DNA of 61,556 nt, the filler included, from Hausera hauseri (Eukaryota): NCBI GenBank assembly GCA_046269625.1. It is 11 parts of 11 records of this genome, joined end to end, with 100 filler letters (N's around TTAATTAATTAA, not from the genome) between each part and the next. Parts side by side here need not be neighbours in the genome. Positions count along the whole stretch, not along the records: positions 1 to 4,491 come from JBJURY010556229.1; positions 4,592 to 10,505 come from JBJURY010169307.1; positions 10,606 to 14,545 come from JBJURY010871737.1; 8 more parts are not named here. One strand, written 5' to 3'. Positions within the stretch are counted from its first letter, which is position 1; the number at the start of each line of letters is the position of its first letter. Shown one piece after another: positions 1 through 10,943 of the stretch. Made by a program: the position numbers and the translations under genes. The notes under the pieces are model-generated. The model was not told where the DNA came from and did not search any database. It saw only the letters and a list, made by a program, of their open reading frames with translations.

Positions 1-9
1 GTTATACGC

Positions 10-760
10 CCTGTTATGTTAAGTCACGTGGATAGTCCTCATCGTTTTCAGGACATTTCCATAGGTGTTCGGATCCTCTCCTTAAAATATCCATCTCTGT
101 AGAGCCACTAATTGTCCGGTTCTGTAATGTCTAATGATTTGTTCCGAGTGCCTGGTATCCCGCTAGCTACTCCAACCGTTTCTCCCATTCTACGAATTCT
201 AGACTAAGATACTGATTCACACCTGATCCACTCTTCTTAAAATTTTCAACCCCGGCAGAGGGCGCTGATGAAATCATCCCGATCCATTGCTTGGTATTTT
301 GATAAAGTAGAAAGACATTACCTTCTGTCTGCTGTCTCATTTACCTTACCACCCTCTTGATCAGACTGCAAACTGAACCTGCTTTGGCCTTCACGATTAT
401 ACTTAATGAGTCATGCCGAACAATGGATCCATCCGTGTAGACCGCATCCTCTGTCTGGCTGGAATTCTTGATGATGACTGCTTCTACCTAAGCATCATTG
501 TCTATAGGACTGTGTTCTCTGCTAAACCTGTCCAGCGTTACAATGGTGGAAAACAAATCTCTGAATGAAAGAGGTATAGATGCCTATTCATTATCAGAAT
601 AGGATGGATCAGCTCCGCACACCTGTTTCATGACGTCCCTACACTGTCGACCGATGGTTAGCCTCTCTTTATTATGCTACCAATTTTCTCCGAGACGGTC
701 GTTATGTTACGGGTGCTCCGTATGTACACGTATCCAGAGATACTCACGTGCCATCAATAA
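10..760 (-). mobile_element. Degenerate non-LTR retrotransposon 3' part with RNase H domain (Ingi/I-like LINE)
   Basis: Minus-strand translation gives VTLDRFSREHSPIDNDA*VEAVIIKNSSQTEDAVYTDGS (RNase H first Asp motif) and a C-terminal RTGTISGSTEMDILRRGSEHLWKCPE typical of RNase H-bearing LINEs. Stops and frameshifts are present. Confidence 0.65.
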
Positions 761-1230
761 GGTGATTATGTGTTTTTGTGTTTTAACTTTATAAAACAAC
801 AATTAAACTTAAAACCTGCAGAACAAATTCTGAATAACCTCTAAAAAACTGATCTGATGGGCTAAGAACGAGTGGACCACGTTAAATTAGATGTTTTTTT
901 TTGCATAAGGGATATGGGGAGATTATGGGGATATATAAACCGATACCTATAAAATTAAGGTCGAGTTTAAGAGAAAATAGATATGTATGGAAAAAGAACG
1001 TACATACATGTCATGTTTTAGTGAAAAAGAAGGGGTTTCTCGGGGAAGACAAACAAAACTCTATAATTGAAGTTTGTCGTCTGGATTGGGATCTATTGAT
1101 GGGAAATAATAATATAGATTTAAATGGGCCCAGCAAACAATCACTCTGCACCGTTGAAATTGTTCATAAATCCATTTTATATCTTCCAGCGTCATTTACG
1201 ATCTGTTCGCGGGAACGACTAGTCAAATCA

Positions 1231-1587
1231 TCAATTGCCTTTTTTGGGAGGCAGAGATTTTCGATGACCATGTATCGATGGTGAATATTCATTACCAATC
1301 GGTGGAGACTTTGTACCAGGGTTTTCGCGATGCGGACTATTACCTCTACTAGATGAGATGCTGGATGGGGAAGAAGTTAATTGGGGTATGCGATTCGTTT
1401 CGTATGCAAAATCTTGTACCTTTTTTAATAACTTTTCAAACGACTGAGTTTTGATTTGTTCCCTTTCCGCGTCCGAAAGTAATTTTGGGCCACTGGTTTT
1501 CAAAACCGGTATATCACGAGGTGTCAAAAAAACATGATCTAGTTTCCGGAGGTCGTCGGCCAAAAATCTACGACAACACTTTTCGCT
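1231..1587 (-). pseudogene. In-frame C-terminal continuation of the ASH1-like gene beyond a TAA
   Basis: Same frame as 1588..4452 (RAY*SEKCCRRFLADDLRK). SDAEREQIKTQSFEKLLKKV resembles the ASH1L C-terminal helix. Confidence 0.55.
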
Positions 1588-4491
1588 TTAATATGCTCTA
1601 TCGGTTGGGTTCAATTCTGAGAATTTTTCAAAACCATATGCTTTGGTGTTGATTTTAAGATAAGCCGGATCCAATTCACTCCATTCGCCCGTCTGACTGA
1701 TCATCCAATCACACACAAACACGTCATTACTGACGCAAGTCTGAGAAATTGGACGACCTTGTTTAAACGTGTGAACATTCAGAACGTGACAATGTCCAAC
1801 CACAACGTCAACCGGTAGAACTTTCGTTATGTCCGTATAAATGAGCTCTGATTGGTACCATTTATATGTATTGAGATCAATGATTGATGATGACTTTCTT
1901 TTACCGGGAATCTTTCCGGATTTACTGTCGACAAGTCGTTTAAGTTGTTCATCATACGGTCGTACGAAAAGACCCCCTTCCATCCATCGTTGACCAGCAG
2001 AGTCTTTCCAAAGACTATATATTCGAAGTACTGTTAATTTCGACAAGTTAACCGACGATCTCGATGAACCAGATGGTGACAATCTGGACTTACCTTTTGT
2101 GTTAATTGGCTTCATTTCAGTTTTAAATATGTATACAAAGTCGTCAATTTTCACGATGCTGTTCGAATTTAAAAGCGTCCAAAATAAAGTGTTCCCCAAA
2201 TCCACCGTTTCGTCCGTAATCACAAAATGCCGTGGAATTTCTCGTACCAAAGATTCGAGAGACAAATTCAGACAAATGTGACAATAATACGGTTCCATTC
2301 GGGTAACGTCAGCCAATTCGGCAGACCGTGCCACGTTCATACAATACGCATGTTGCCAGACAAAACACCGATCGCACTGCACCATAACATGACCGGCTTC
2401 AACGAGAAACCCACAGATGCACTTGATGATTTCTGCACCTCTTTCCAAACGTCCCCGGGTATTCGTTGCTACGCCCGCACAGTTTTGTTTACGCTTTTTA
2501 CTTTTCGGTGTTGCACCGGTATCCGATGATTCCAAATCCGAAGCGGAGGATTTCGTTGCGGCGATAGCGTTCGAGATTTGTGTCAGGTTATTTGACAGGA
2601 GTTTCTGTTTGTCTCTTTCGTCCATACTTTCATCGGTCAATGCTTCAAACAACGCAATGGAATTCATTTTCAATTCTTTGTAAATCGGCTTAATTCTCTC
2701 GGCACATTTACCGATGTTACTTTGTTTGCCGGCATAGGATTCAATGTTAAACAACATCTGAAGAATATCCTGATCGAATGCCATCATCGTTGAATACTTT
2801 CCGTCTAACAGACGACTGTAAACTTCATCCAGACTCACAACCGTGTCAAAACCGACCATACGATAGAATTCGACGTATTTCTTTCGAACTAAACTCTTGA
2901 TAAATGGTGCTACCAATTGCTGGGAAACATTGATGGGATCTTTCTGTTCCAGCAGAGTATTGTACAAGTCTCGTAAAATCTGACCGATTTGAGCCGTCTT
3001 CGTAATAAACTCATTATCCTGAGCATTTTGAAGCTGACGAGTTCTAATCGACCTTATGGAGTTCAATGCAGACATCTGCGTTAAGAATTGGTTTTTCTTC
3101 GTCTTCCGCCGTTTAATTTCGCTAATCGTCGAAGGCAATCGGTTGCCATGGGACAGATGGGTGCGACGAATTCCCAATCTACGACATCTTCCCGATTCTC
3201 GATTTCGTAGTAAGAATATACAATTCCGAATGATGAAGAGTCGTTCCCTGGCCGATAACAACCGTCCGAATATGTACAGCAATTTCTTCCGGTCTTTCTG
3301 GCTTTCCGACTGCTCGACCCGAGGCCGACTGCCAATGACACCTCGACAGTTGGACGATCCACAATGGCAAATCTGCGTGTTCTTCGTGTTATATGAACAG
3401 AAATTATAATCATATTGCAGTTCGGTATCTGGTGGGATATCTTGAGTCGCAAAAACACACATTCTGTAAACACCGTTCACCATCCATTTCTGCATTTCAC
3501 AATTCGGTTGACAGCTGTGATTGATAAACCGTGCAATGGATCCACAACGATACGCATCGATCAGCAAGTCCCCGTCCAAATGCAAACAATAATGATGGGC
3601 GTCGTCTTTGTAAATGTTCATCATTCGGTCATGGAACGTGGATTCACTTACCACCTCTCCAACGTACTCAACTATAAATGCTCCTTCTTTTATTGGTTTT
3701 GTAGTCACGACCCCTTGACCTTTACCCGTAAACTCCTTCAATACTAATCCAGTCGACCAATTGAGTTTCCGGATTTTCTGATTATTACAAGAGTCCCCAC
3801 ATGGACAATTTTTCGGTTGACATTCCGTGTACGTCAGTCGATTCAAACAGTTGTCACCACAATCCCAAACGAAATTGAAGTTTCGTTTGAAGGTTTTGGA
3901 CTTTGTATTAGAGTTTTTCGTTTCGGTGATATCACTGGTGTCGTACAAATGGCGAGATTTCGACGGTTTACAGGCACACTTTTCAACTTCCTGAAACCAG
4001 TAAAGAGGTTTTGGATCCACGTAAGTATTTGTTCGGATTCGTCGAAATCGAATATTGTCATAAGTTGTTCCTTCACTGGACACGATTGTATCGCCAGGAG
4101 ACGGTGGATTTTCTTCTAAAATTGGTTTGGATTCTGTCGATTTTTCTTTTGGTAGTTTGCTAATCTTCTGTCTTTTTGGTACCGGTTTCTCCGGTTCTTT
4201 GATTTTATTTTCCGAACTGGTTTCGGACGGGGTTATTTCCGGAGACTTTGAACGTTTCGGTTTGACTTTAATTAAAATCTCTTGACTTGTAGTGGATTTA
4301 CGCAATTTTCGAGAAGCACCACCCGACGGAACAGCTGGAGAATCGGACTTTGATTCCGGTTTACTCGAGGTAGATTTCGTTTCTTTTTGAGTATTTTTAT
4401 TTTCAGAGGTACTTTCTTGAGTTGGATTATTATTCAAAGACATTGCGACCATTGTAGCAAAACCTCTAGCTGCAGCTTCTCGTTTCGATCG
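1588..4491 (-). CDS. ash1: ASH1/ASH1L-like histone H3K36 methyltransferase (AWS-SET-postSET, bromo-like, PHD, BAH); 5'-truncated at contig end
   Basis: AWS CGDNCLNRLTYTEC; SET EYVGEV, ARFINHSCQPNC, ELQYDYN; post-SET CHCGSSNCRG; PHD IIKCICG..MVQCDRCFVWQHAYC; BAH C-terminus. The frame stays open from the ATG at 4452 to the contig edge. No introns. Confidence 0.92.
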   Translation of the reverse strand, partial: RSKREAAARGFATMVAMSLNNNPTQESTSENKNTQKETKSTSSKPESKSDSPAVPSGGASRKLRKSTTSQEILIKVKPKRSKSPEITPSETSSENKIKEPEKPVPKRQKISKLPKEKSTESKPILEENPPSPGDTIVSSEGTTYDNIRFRRIRTNTYVDPKPLYWFQEVEKCACKPSKSRHLYDTSDITETKNSNTKSKTFKRNFNFVWDCGDNCLNRLTYTECQPKNCPCGDSCNNQKIRKLNWSTGLVLKEFTGKGQGVVTTKPIKEGAFIVEYVGEVVSESTFHDRMMNIYKDDAHHYCLHLDGDLLIDAYRCGSIARFINHSCQPNCEMQKWMVNGVYRMCVFATQDIPPDTELQYDYNFCSYNTKNTQICHCGSSNCRGVIGSRPRVEQSESQKDRKKLLYIFGRLLSARERLFIIRNCIFLLRNRESGRCRRLGIRRTHLSHGNRLPSTISEIKRRKTKKNQFLTQMSALNSIRSIRTRQLQNAQDNEFITKTAQIGQILRDLYNTLLEQKDPINVSQQLVAPFIKSLVRKKYVEFYRMVGFDTVVSLDEVYSRLLDGKYSTMMAFDQDILQMLFNIESYAGKQSNIGKCAERIKPIYKELKMNSIALFEALTDESMDERDKQKLLSNNLTQISNAIAATKSSASDLESSDTGATPKSKKRKQNCAGVATNTRGRLERGAEIIKCICGFLVEAGHVMVQCDRCFVWQHAYCMNVARSAELADVTRMEPYYCHICLNLSLESLVREIPRHFVITDETVDLGNTLFWTLLNSNSIVKIDDFVYIFKTEMKPINTKGKSRLSPSGSSRSSVNLSKLTVLRIYSLWKDSAGQRWMEGGLFVRPYDEQLKRLVDSKSGKIPGKRKSSSIIDLNTYKWYQSELIYTDITKVLPVDVVVGHCHVLNVHTFKQGRPISQTCVSNDVFVCDWMISQTGEWSELDPAYLKINTKAYGFEKFSELNPTDRAY

Positions 4492-4591
4492 NNNNNNNNN
4501 NNNNNNNNNNNNNNNNNNNNNNNNNNNNNNNNNNNTTAATTAATTAANNNNNNNNNNNNNNNNNNNNNNNNNNNNNNNNNNNNNNNNNNNN
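4492..4591. other. Artificial contig linker
   Basis: N44-TTAATTAATTAA-N44 (stops in all six frames). Confidence 0.99.
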
Positions 4592-4739
4592 AGTAAACTA
4601 TATATTTATATATAGTAAAATATATTTATTTATATATATAGATATAAAATAATATGTAATATATATTAAAAATAATATATATAATAAATAATATAATTTA
4701 AAGTAACAGCATAATAAATAGCCATATAACATTTGAATA

Positions 4740-5433
4740 ATTGTGTTTTGTCCACCTAACAAACATCTATATAACATTTGACTAATTGTGCTTTATTGAT
4801 GTTTTGTAGACTTAATTCATATGCATCTAATATTTGACTAATTGTGATGCTTTGTTTTCAGGGGTGGGAATAGTGAAACCACGATAAGCACATTATAATG
4901 AGGCATAAAATGCTTTGCTTTCAGGGGTGGGAATAGTGAAACCATAATTACCACAGTATAATGAGGCATAAAATGTTTTGTTTTCAGGGGTGAGAATAGT
5001 GAAACCACGATAAGCACAGTATAATGAGGCATAAAATGCTTTGTTTTCAGAGGTGGGAATAGTGAAACCACGATAAGTACAGTATAATGAGGCATAAAAT
5101 GCTTTGTTCTTAGGGGTGGGAACAGTGAAACCATGATTAGATCAGAAAATACTTTGTTTACTGAAAAAATTGAAACAAATCAACCAATCACATTATGCCA
5201 AAACCAAAATTAAAACAAAAATTTTTTGACTTGAAATTCAAATTTTTATACTTACATAAAATCCATGTAGTACGTGCTTGTGTGTCTCCCTGTCTGACTG
5301 TACCTCCTATCTCTGCACTATTAATCGTGTATGTGCGTATCATTTTTTCTACCCCATGACTAATCCGCGAACCAAATCTTTCCTTCTTTCCCTGGGGAGG
5401 GGGCTTGTGTCAGTGTGCTCACATCTATCTACT
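4740..5433. mobile_element. Polinton/Maverick terminal region, family B (terminus at 5433; inner boundary approximate)
   Basis: The reverse complement begins AGTAGATAGATGTGAGCACACTGACACAAGCCCCCTCCCCAG, homologous to the terminus at 31328. Both share the GGGGTGGGAATAGTGAAACC repeat motif. AGT-type ends are typical of Polintons. Confidence 0.65.
4848..5137 (+). repeat. 63-bp tandem repeat, ~4.6 copies
   Basis: Unit TGCTTTGTTTTCAGGGGTGGGAATAGTGAAACCACGATAAGCACAGTATAATGAGGCATAAAA; it produces the 21-aa period in spurious ORF 4838..5134. Confidence 0.95.
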
Positions 5434-5920
5434 GACACAAATCAAATTACCAAATAAAAAACAATAGACTCAAGTATTGGATTTCAAATCAACTTAAGAT
5501 GCATCAAAAAATTCATGCTCATTTTTGTTGTTGTCCTACACAATCAGTTCAACTATTTATACAAGTCAATAGTTTAATTTTAGGTACAAAAGCGGGTAAG
5601 CGAATTTTTACACTATTAACCCGATAATCTATTTTTAGATACCAATGAATCTACAACATTCCGCTACCCTTAAAACTGAACTTACTAAGCTAGTGAATAA
5701 ACTAAACGAATTAGTAATATTTACATGTGAAAAAAACGAAAAAGAATAACTGATTAAACCGATACAAAAATAAAAGAAATGTACAACATGAAATAAAAGT
5801 GAAATGAAGAATATACAATATACAAAGAGTATACAGATAAGGAATGCAAAAATCAAAATTGTAAATGAACGTTAGTGTCAACTGTTTTATACTGAATAAT
5901 CATCGACTCTGATTGATTGT

Positions 5921-7297
5921 TTATCCGTCAAGATCCACACTTTCTTGGTCAATTCTGCTATTGATAATATCTTCGTCGTCGGGCTTATGTCCTGATCTGA
6001 TACTCCCAATAGGTATTAACACTAGTTGAGTTTGTTTGATTAAAAGTAAGTATTTCAACTGTCCATTGTAAAACGTTCCGGTCACCGAATCAATACTGTT
6101 TGAGGTGGTCAACTTAATTCTTAATTTTGTATTGAAATAAACTCCGTAATTTACGGGTAGTTTCAATACTACTGTCGGTTTTTGATAAGGAACTATGAAA
6201 TACTGACCTTCCGGTCTCTGATATATAGCTCCGATGAACACATTTCGATCAGAATTCCATTTGGAGAACTTTTTGACGGAAATAGTTTTACTCAAATAAT
6301 AATGTCGATCTACTTGATGGATTGGACCTGGCAAGTTAAGATAGTCCTTCTTTATTAGTATTCCAAAATTGAATATCACTCTTTCTATGTTAGATAAACA
6401 ACGATCAATTTGCATGGATAGTTTATCTGAATCCCATAGTGATGTCTGAGTTGCAACGTCTTTATTTTGAGGTGGGTAGATCCATCTTCTAATTTCTATG
6501 TTTTCGTCATTATCAATTTCTGGGGCCAAAATTTGTTGAACATTCATATTATCTAGTATATCTTCTGAGCATTCCAATGATATATTTTCTGGGGTGTTAA
6601 GTTCCATATCTGTCTCAATATGATTATCCATGCCGTTTCTACTACTACTATTAACAACGCAGGCTTCTATTTCATGCACCCATGCAAATTCTTCTAAATA
6701 TTTATCTCGTCTGTAGAACAATTCACCTACATCAATCACATTTTCCAACCCATTTTCTGGCATCCAATTTACTTGTTTCAATTCGCCGATTGTCTGCCTT
6801 ATGTCTATAGTCATGTCTAATTTTCCTTCGCCATGTTGTTCGTAGTTTTGTCCGGACTTAAATTTTGGTAGCTTTAATTCTCTGGCAACAATAGTAATCT
6901 CTATTGAATTGAAAGTAACTCCAGTGACTTCTGGATGTTTCAACACATCAATAACTCCGGCTAGATAGTTTGTATGACCATCGAACAATTGTATCATACG
7001 GTGTGCGTCTATCCCTATCACAATGGTTCCGAACAACCAATGTATTAATTCTTTGGATACTTCGAAGATATCCATTCCATGTAATTGCAATGTTTGGAAG
7101 TCAATTCCATGTCTTCCCGTATTGCAGTTATGAGCTTTTAATCTTTGACGACCAGTGTACGATATAAAGTTTTCCTTTTCATGTCGGATACAATGACGTA
7201 TACTGGTATTGGACTTCTGCCTGCCATATAACCTAACGATACGGTTAATATTCGTATAGTATTTTCTAGCGTGGTTTGTAAATAATTCAACCGAGAG
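5921..7297 (-). CDS. Unknown retroelement accessory protein, possibly with a C-terminal dUTPase-like fold
   Basis: 389-aa ORF whose frame is open upstream to ~7297. The C-terminus LKLPVNYGVYF..FYNGQLKYLLL..LIPIGSI echoes dUTPase beta-strand motifs without the catalytic residues. Confidence 0.5.
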   Translation of the reverse strand, partial: LSVELFTNHARKYYTNINRIVRLYGRQKSNTSIRHCIRHEKENFISYTGRQRLKAHNCNTGRHGIDFQTLQLHGMDIFEVSKELIHWLFGTIVIGIDAHRMIQLFDGHTNYLAGVIDVLKHPEVTGVTFNSIEITIVARELKLPKFKSGQNYEQHGEGKLDMTIDIRQTIGELKQVNWMPENGLENVIDVGELFYRRDKYLEEFAWVHEIEACVVNSSSRNGMDNHIETDMELNTPENISLECSEDILDNMNVQQILAPEIDNDENIEIRRWIYPPQNKDVATQTSLWDSDKLSMQIDRCLSNIERVIFNFGILIKKDYLNLPGPIHQVDRHYYLSKTISVKKFSKWNSDRNVFIGAIYQRPEGQYFIVPYQKPTVVLKLPVNYGVYFNTKLRIKLTTSNSIDSVTGTFYNGQLKYLLLIKQTQLVLIPIGSIRSGHKPDDEDIINSRIDQESVDLDG

Positions 7298-8276
7298 CCT
7301 TTATGATTTCTGGTGGGGTTTGCGCCAATATCACAGGATGAGGCATTGATAGATGTTTTTCTGGTAGCAACCACTCGATCATGAAGATTAATGGAAGCCT
7401 ATTTGGACGAAATTGGCTAAGATTAACACTCATGGGAGTATTTATGGTTAACGTTTCTTCTTCAAATAATATGACAATATTAGACATCACATATTGTAGA
7501 TTTCTTGATGTTTGTAGGACACCAGTGTCTCTTGCCATATGCACTATCAATCCATCTATAGAAGGGCATTCGGTGATAAATTCGTTAAAAGATCTTTGAT
7601 GAGATTCGGTGATAGTGATAATTTTAGCGTGACGGTTGACTGTCGGCCCATATTTCAGTTGATTCGGAATTTTCGTGACATAATAGAAAAATTGTTCTGG
7701 GTAGACTGAAGCTTCACGTCGAATGTTATTGTAAAAAGCTCGCGAAATTGTTCGAGTAAACGATGAATTCTTCGATCCGTATTGCAATGAAAGCTGCTCT
7801 ATTAAGATCGTATCAGCGTGAAACAAACGAAACAGATTTGTAGAAATATTTTGGTTGTGTATCTGCGACATCTTCAAGCAATTAGTTCTGACTGATTTTT
7901 GAATTGGATTTAATTGGCAATTGAATCACAAAGGGAATTGAATAAAAAGTTCATCAAATATATACTTACTTGGTCGCGCGGGCGTATCATACGACAACCA
8001 AATGATTAGTAAAGAGGTGACGATTGGGCTCAATGTGCGTGGTTGGTCACGTGATTTTAAAGTGCTAGGGCTAGGGAGAATTTATCTGAAAATTTTTGAA
8101 GACAGTAAGGTACCTAGAGCTAACACCAAAATTAACAAAATACTTAAGATAATGATTAGTAACGCACACACAGCTATACTTACTTCCGTAATTTCTAGAC
8201 TTTTCTTAAGCGATGAGTCATTCCTAACGTCATTCTCGTTATAACTAAATTTTACTACATTATTTATTTTTGGCAA
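7287..8276 (-). pseudogene. Unknown accessory region with one transmembrane helix
   Basis: ORFs 8082..8276 (VSIAVCALLIIILSILLILVLALGTLL) and 7287..7877 are in the same frame, separated by two stops. Confidence 0.5.
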
Positions 8277-10505
8277 TTTTTTGATATGGGTTTCTAAATA
8301 GTGGGTGCAATTATTATTATTATTATTAGATATTCAGTGTCGGACGTCAATCTGGTGCAATAAGAATATTTCTGTTCTTTTTCTAAGATGATTCTTTGTT
8401 GATAATATTAATCTATACAAGTTATAGTAACCCATTTGTTTTGCGGGTTCAGTTGGGGGTTTCAGGTGAATGCTATCCTATCCTTACTGGGATGACCTAT
8501 TACAAATAGGTTATTGGTAATCTCCAAATCTTTATGTTTGGCCAATTTTTTATATTCATCAAAAGGTATATTACATCTATTTTCCTCAACCATATTTGCA
8601 GTGTCATAAACAGATTCATTAATTTTAAAAGGTATTAGGCATTTAACACTAGACTTGGATGTTAATTGAAGATTCCATTTATTTTCATTATTCATCTTGA
8701 AAATCAATGCTAATATAATGTACGAATAATCTCTAACTACTAGCAAACAGGTATGGTTATTGTCATTATCTAAATCGGCAAACGCTATTATTTCTCCATG
8801 AAATATCACTATTCTTACAATATTCTCAGTGTTAAGATTTGCAAAATCGGTCATAATCCTAGTAAATTCATGTTCATTTATTGGAGTGATGGCTGCAGAA
8901 TTTATTTCAGAAGGATAAATAGTTCGTGATATGGCATCAGCATCGTTGTGAAATTTTCCTGGCACATACTTAAATTTTGGATTGTAATTCAATAATTCTA
9001 GTTTCCATCGTTGTATTCTATTATAAATCCGTTTGTTTTTACAGTCAATATTTTCTAAAGCTTGATGATCGGTATATACTATAACGGGATATCCATAAAT
9101 ATAAAATTTGTAATTTCGTAGGCCTTCTAATACTGCTAAAAATTCCAATTCAGTAGTAGAGTAATTTTTCTCTTCTTTAGTTAATGCTCGTCCACCATAT
9201 GCTACTACATGCTCAACTCTTTCATTAGGATATTGTTGTGCTAAAATGTACTTAAACCATTTAAAATTGCGTTAGTTTTCGAAATAAATGGCAATTTAAA
9301 ATCTGGATATTGTAAAATTAGTGCAGAAACCATTTTCTTTTTCATGATATCAAACGCATTCTGGTGCTTTTCTTCCCAAATATACTTTTTGTCATTTCAT
9401 AATAAATCATATAATACGCTGTTAATTTGGGAGAAGTTTCCTACAAAATTTCTTTAAAAGCCAATAAGTTTTAGCCAACATTGTAATTCTTTTTTATTTG
9501 TAGGGGCTAGAAATTCTAATACTTTAGCAACTATGCGCCGGCTAATTTCGATTCCTTTAGCAGATATTTTAAATCCTTAATACGTTACTCAAGTTTGACA
9601 CCAGTCAAATTTTAAGGGATTCAACTTTAATCTTGCATCTCTTAGTCTCTCAAAGAATTCTCAAAGTTGATGTATATGTTCATTCCAAGTTCTAGAGGCT
9701 ATTAAAATGTCATCTATATATGATAAACGTCTAATACCTTTTAGTACTATTCTTATGAATTTTTGAAAGAATGTTGGGGCAGTTTTTAATCCGAGCGGCA
9801 TTCTTGTAAACTGATATATTTCTGTATGAGTTTTAAAAGTTGTTTTCCATCTATCGGCTGCTGTTATGGGTATGTTTAGAAAACCCCATTATAAATCCAA
9901 TGCAGTAAACAAAGTACATCCTTTTAAATCATTTATTATTTCTTTAATTCTAGGAATAGGATAAATATGATTCCCTAGGTATTTATTTAATTGTACGAAA
10001 TTAACACATAATCTTCTTTTAGTGGTATTTTTCTTTGGTACCATCACTTTTGGTGATGCCCATGAAGCTTGACTAGGTTCTACAATTCCTTTGTCTAACC
10101 AATCTTGTACTTGTTCTTCCACTTCAGCTTGTAATGAATGTGGTGGTAGATACCATTTTGAAATAGGTTGTCGATTTAGATCTATTTATTTTAAAGTTTT
10201 TTCATCAGTAATCAAATTTAAACGGAATTCTACTAGATCTGTGCATCCTATATCAACATCATTAAGTGCGAAGATTTCTGAAAATTCTCTTATTAATTTG
10301 ATCATATCTTTTAACTGCTCATCATTAATTCTTTGCTTAATGTTCACTATCAATTTATGGAAGATTTCGTGTTCGTTTAACTCAGTCTGTGTAGTTGCAG
10401 ACAAGAAATCCGTAATATTATGATCAAACGTATAATAAAATTCTCCTATTCTAGTATTAGGATATAAAACTTTTGTTCGTTCAGTACAGTTTACTACTAC
10501 AATCG

Positions 10506-10605
10506 NNNNNNNNNNNNNNNNNNNNNNNNNNNNNNNNNNNNNNNNNNNNTTAATTAATTAANNNNNNNNNNNNNNNNNNNNNNNNNNNNNNNNNNNNNNN
10601 NNNNN
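10506..10605. other. Artificial contig linker
   Basis: N44-TTAATTAATTAA-N44. Confidence 0.99.
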
Positions 10606-10730
10606 GCTAAGGACTTTTACAATATCCTCTCAGATAGCGATGTCAGTGATATGGACTATTAGTATGCTCAGTACGTCTGGGATGCATTCCAATGCCGAAC
10701 ATTAGAATACAACGATATATACCTCAAGTG
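10606..10730 (+). pseudogene. Short Polinton pPolB fragment
   Basis: KDFYNILSDSDVSDMDY*YAQYVWDAFQCRTLEYNDIYLK matches the region preceding exonuclease motif III of Polinton PolB. Confidence 0.7.
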
Positions 10731-10862
10731 TCATTACTGTTAACAATATGTACATTAAATGTGTGTGTATAAATGTAACATTACTTGTGAAATATTATTG
10801 TCACTGTGTCATTTGTAGTGTAATAGTTTTGTCACTGTATCTATATTTGTTACTTAATTTTT

Positions 10863-10900
10863 ATTGGCTGAATTTTGATTGGCTGAAAATTAGTATAAAG
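10863..10900 (+). promoter_or_regulatory. Pol II promoter of the Polinton polB gene (two CCAAT boxes plus TATA)
   Basis: ATTGGCTG twice, then TATAAA ~45 nt before the ATG at 10944. The same arrangement is conserved at ~49665-49705 on the minus strand. Confidence 0.5.
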
Positions 10901-10943
10901 TGTTGATATTCATTCTAAATGATAATCAAACTTCATTTTCGAA

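Larger units (their letters stand above)
5921..10505 (-). mobile_element. Ty3/gypsy-type pol (RT-RNase H) followed by a long unknown extension, no integrase visible; degenerate
   Basis: RT WASPKVMVPKK..RRLCVNFVQLN, FTALDL, RMPLGLKTAP, YIDDIL; RNase H ELEFLAVL..VYTDHQAL..DADAISR. Reading then continues into ORFs 8082..8276, 7287..7877 and 5921..7090. Confidence 0.85.

Noticed and set aside
2099-4119. Numerous short antisense/overlapping ORFs (also within PqiA, BIG and pol genes)
   Set aside because: These are shadow ORFs of real coding regions with no recognisable motifs.
4848-5137. CRISPR array or 21-aa repeat protein (ORF 4838..5134)
   Set aside because: The whole 63-bp unit repeats with no unique spacers, there are no cas genes, and the context is eukaryotic. 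The ORF is a by-product of the unit length being a multiple of 3.
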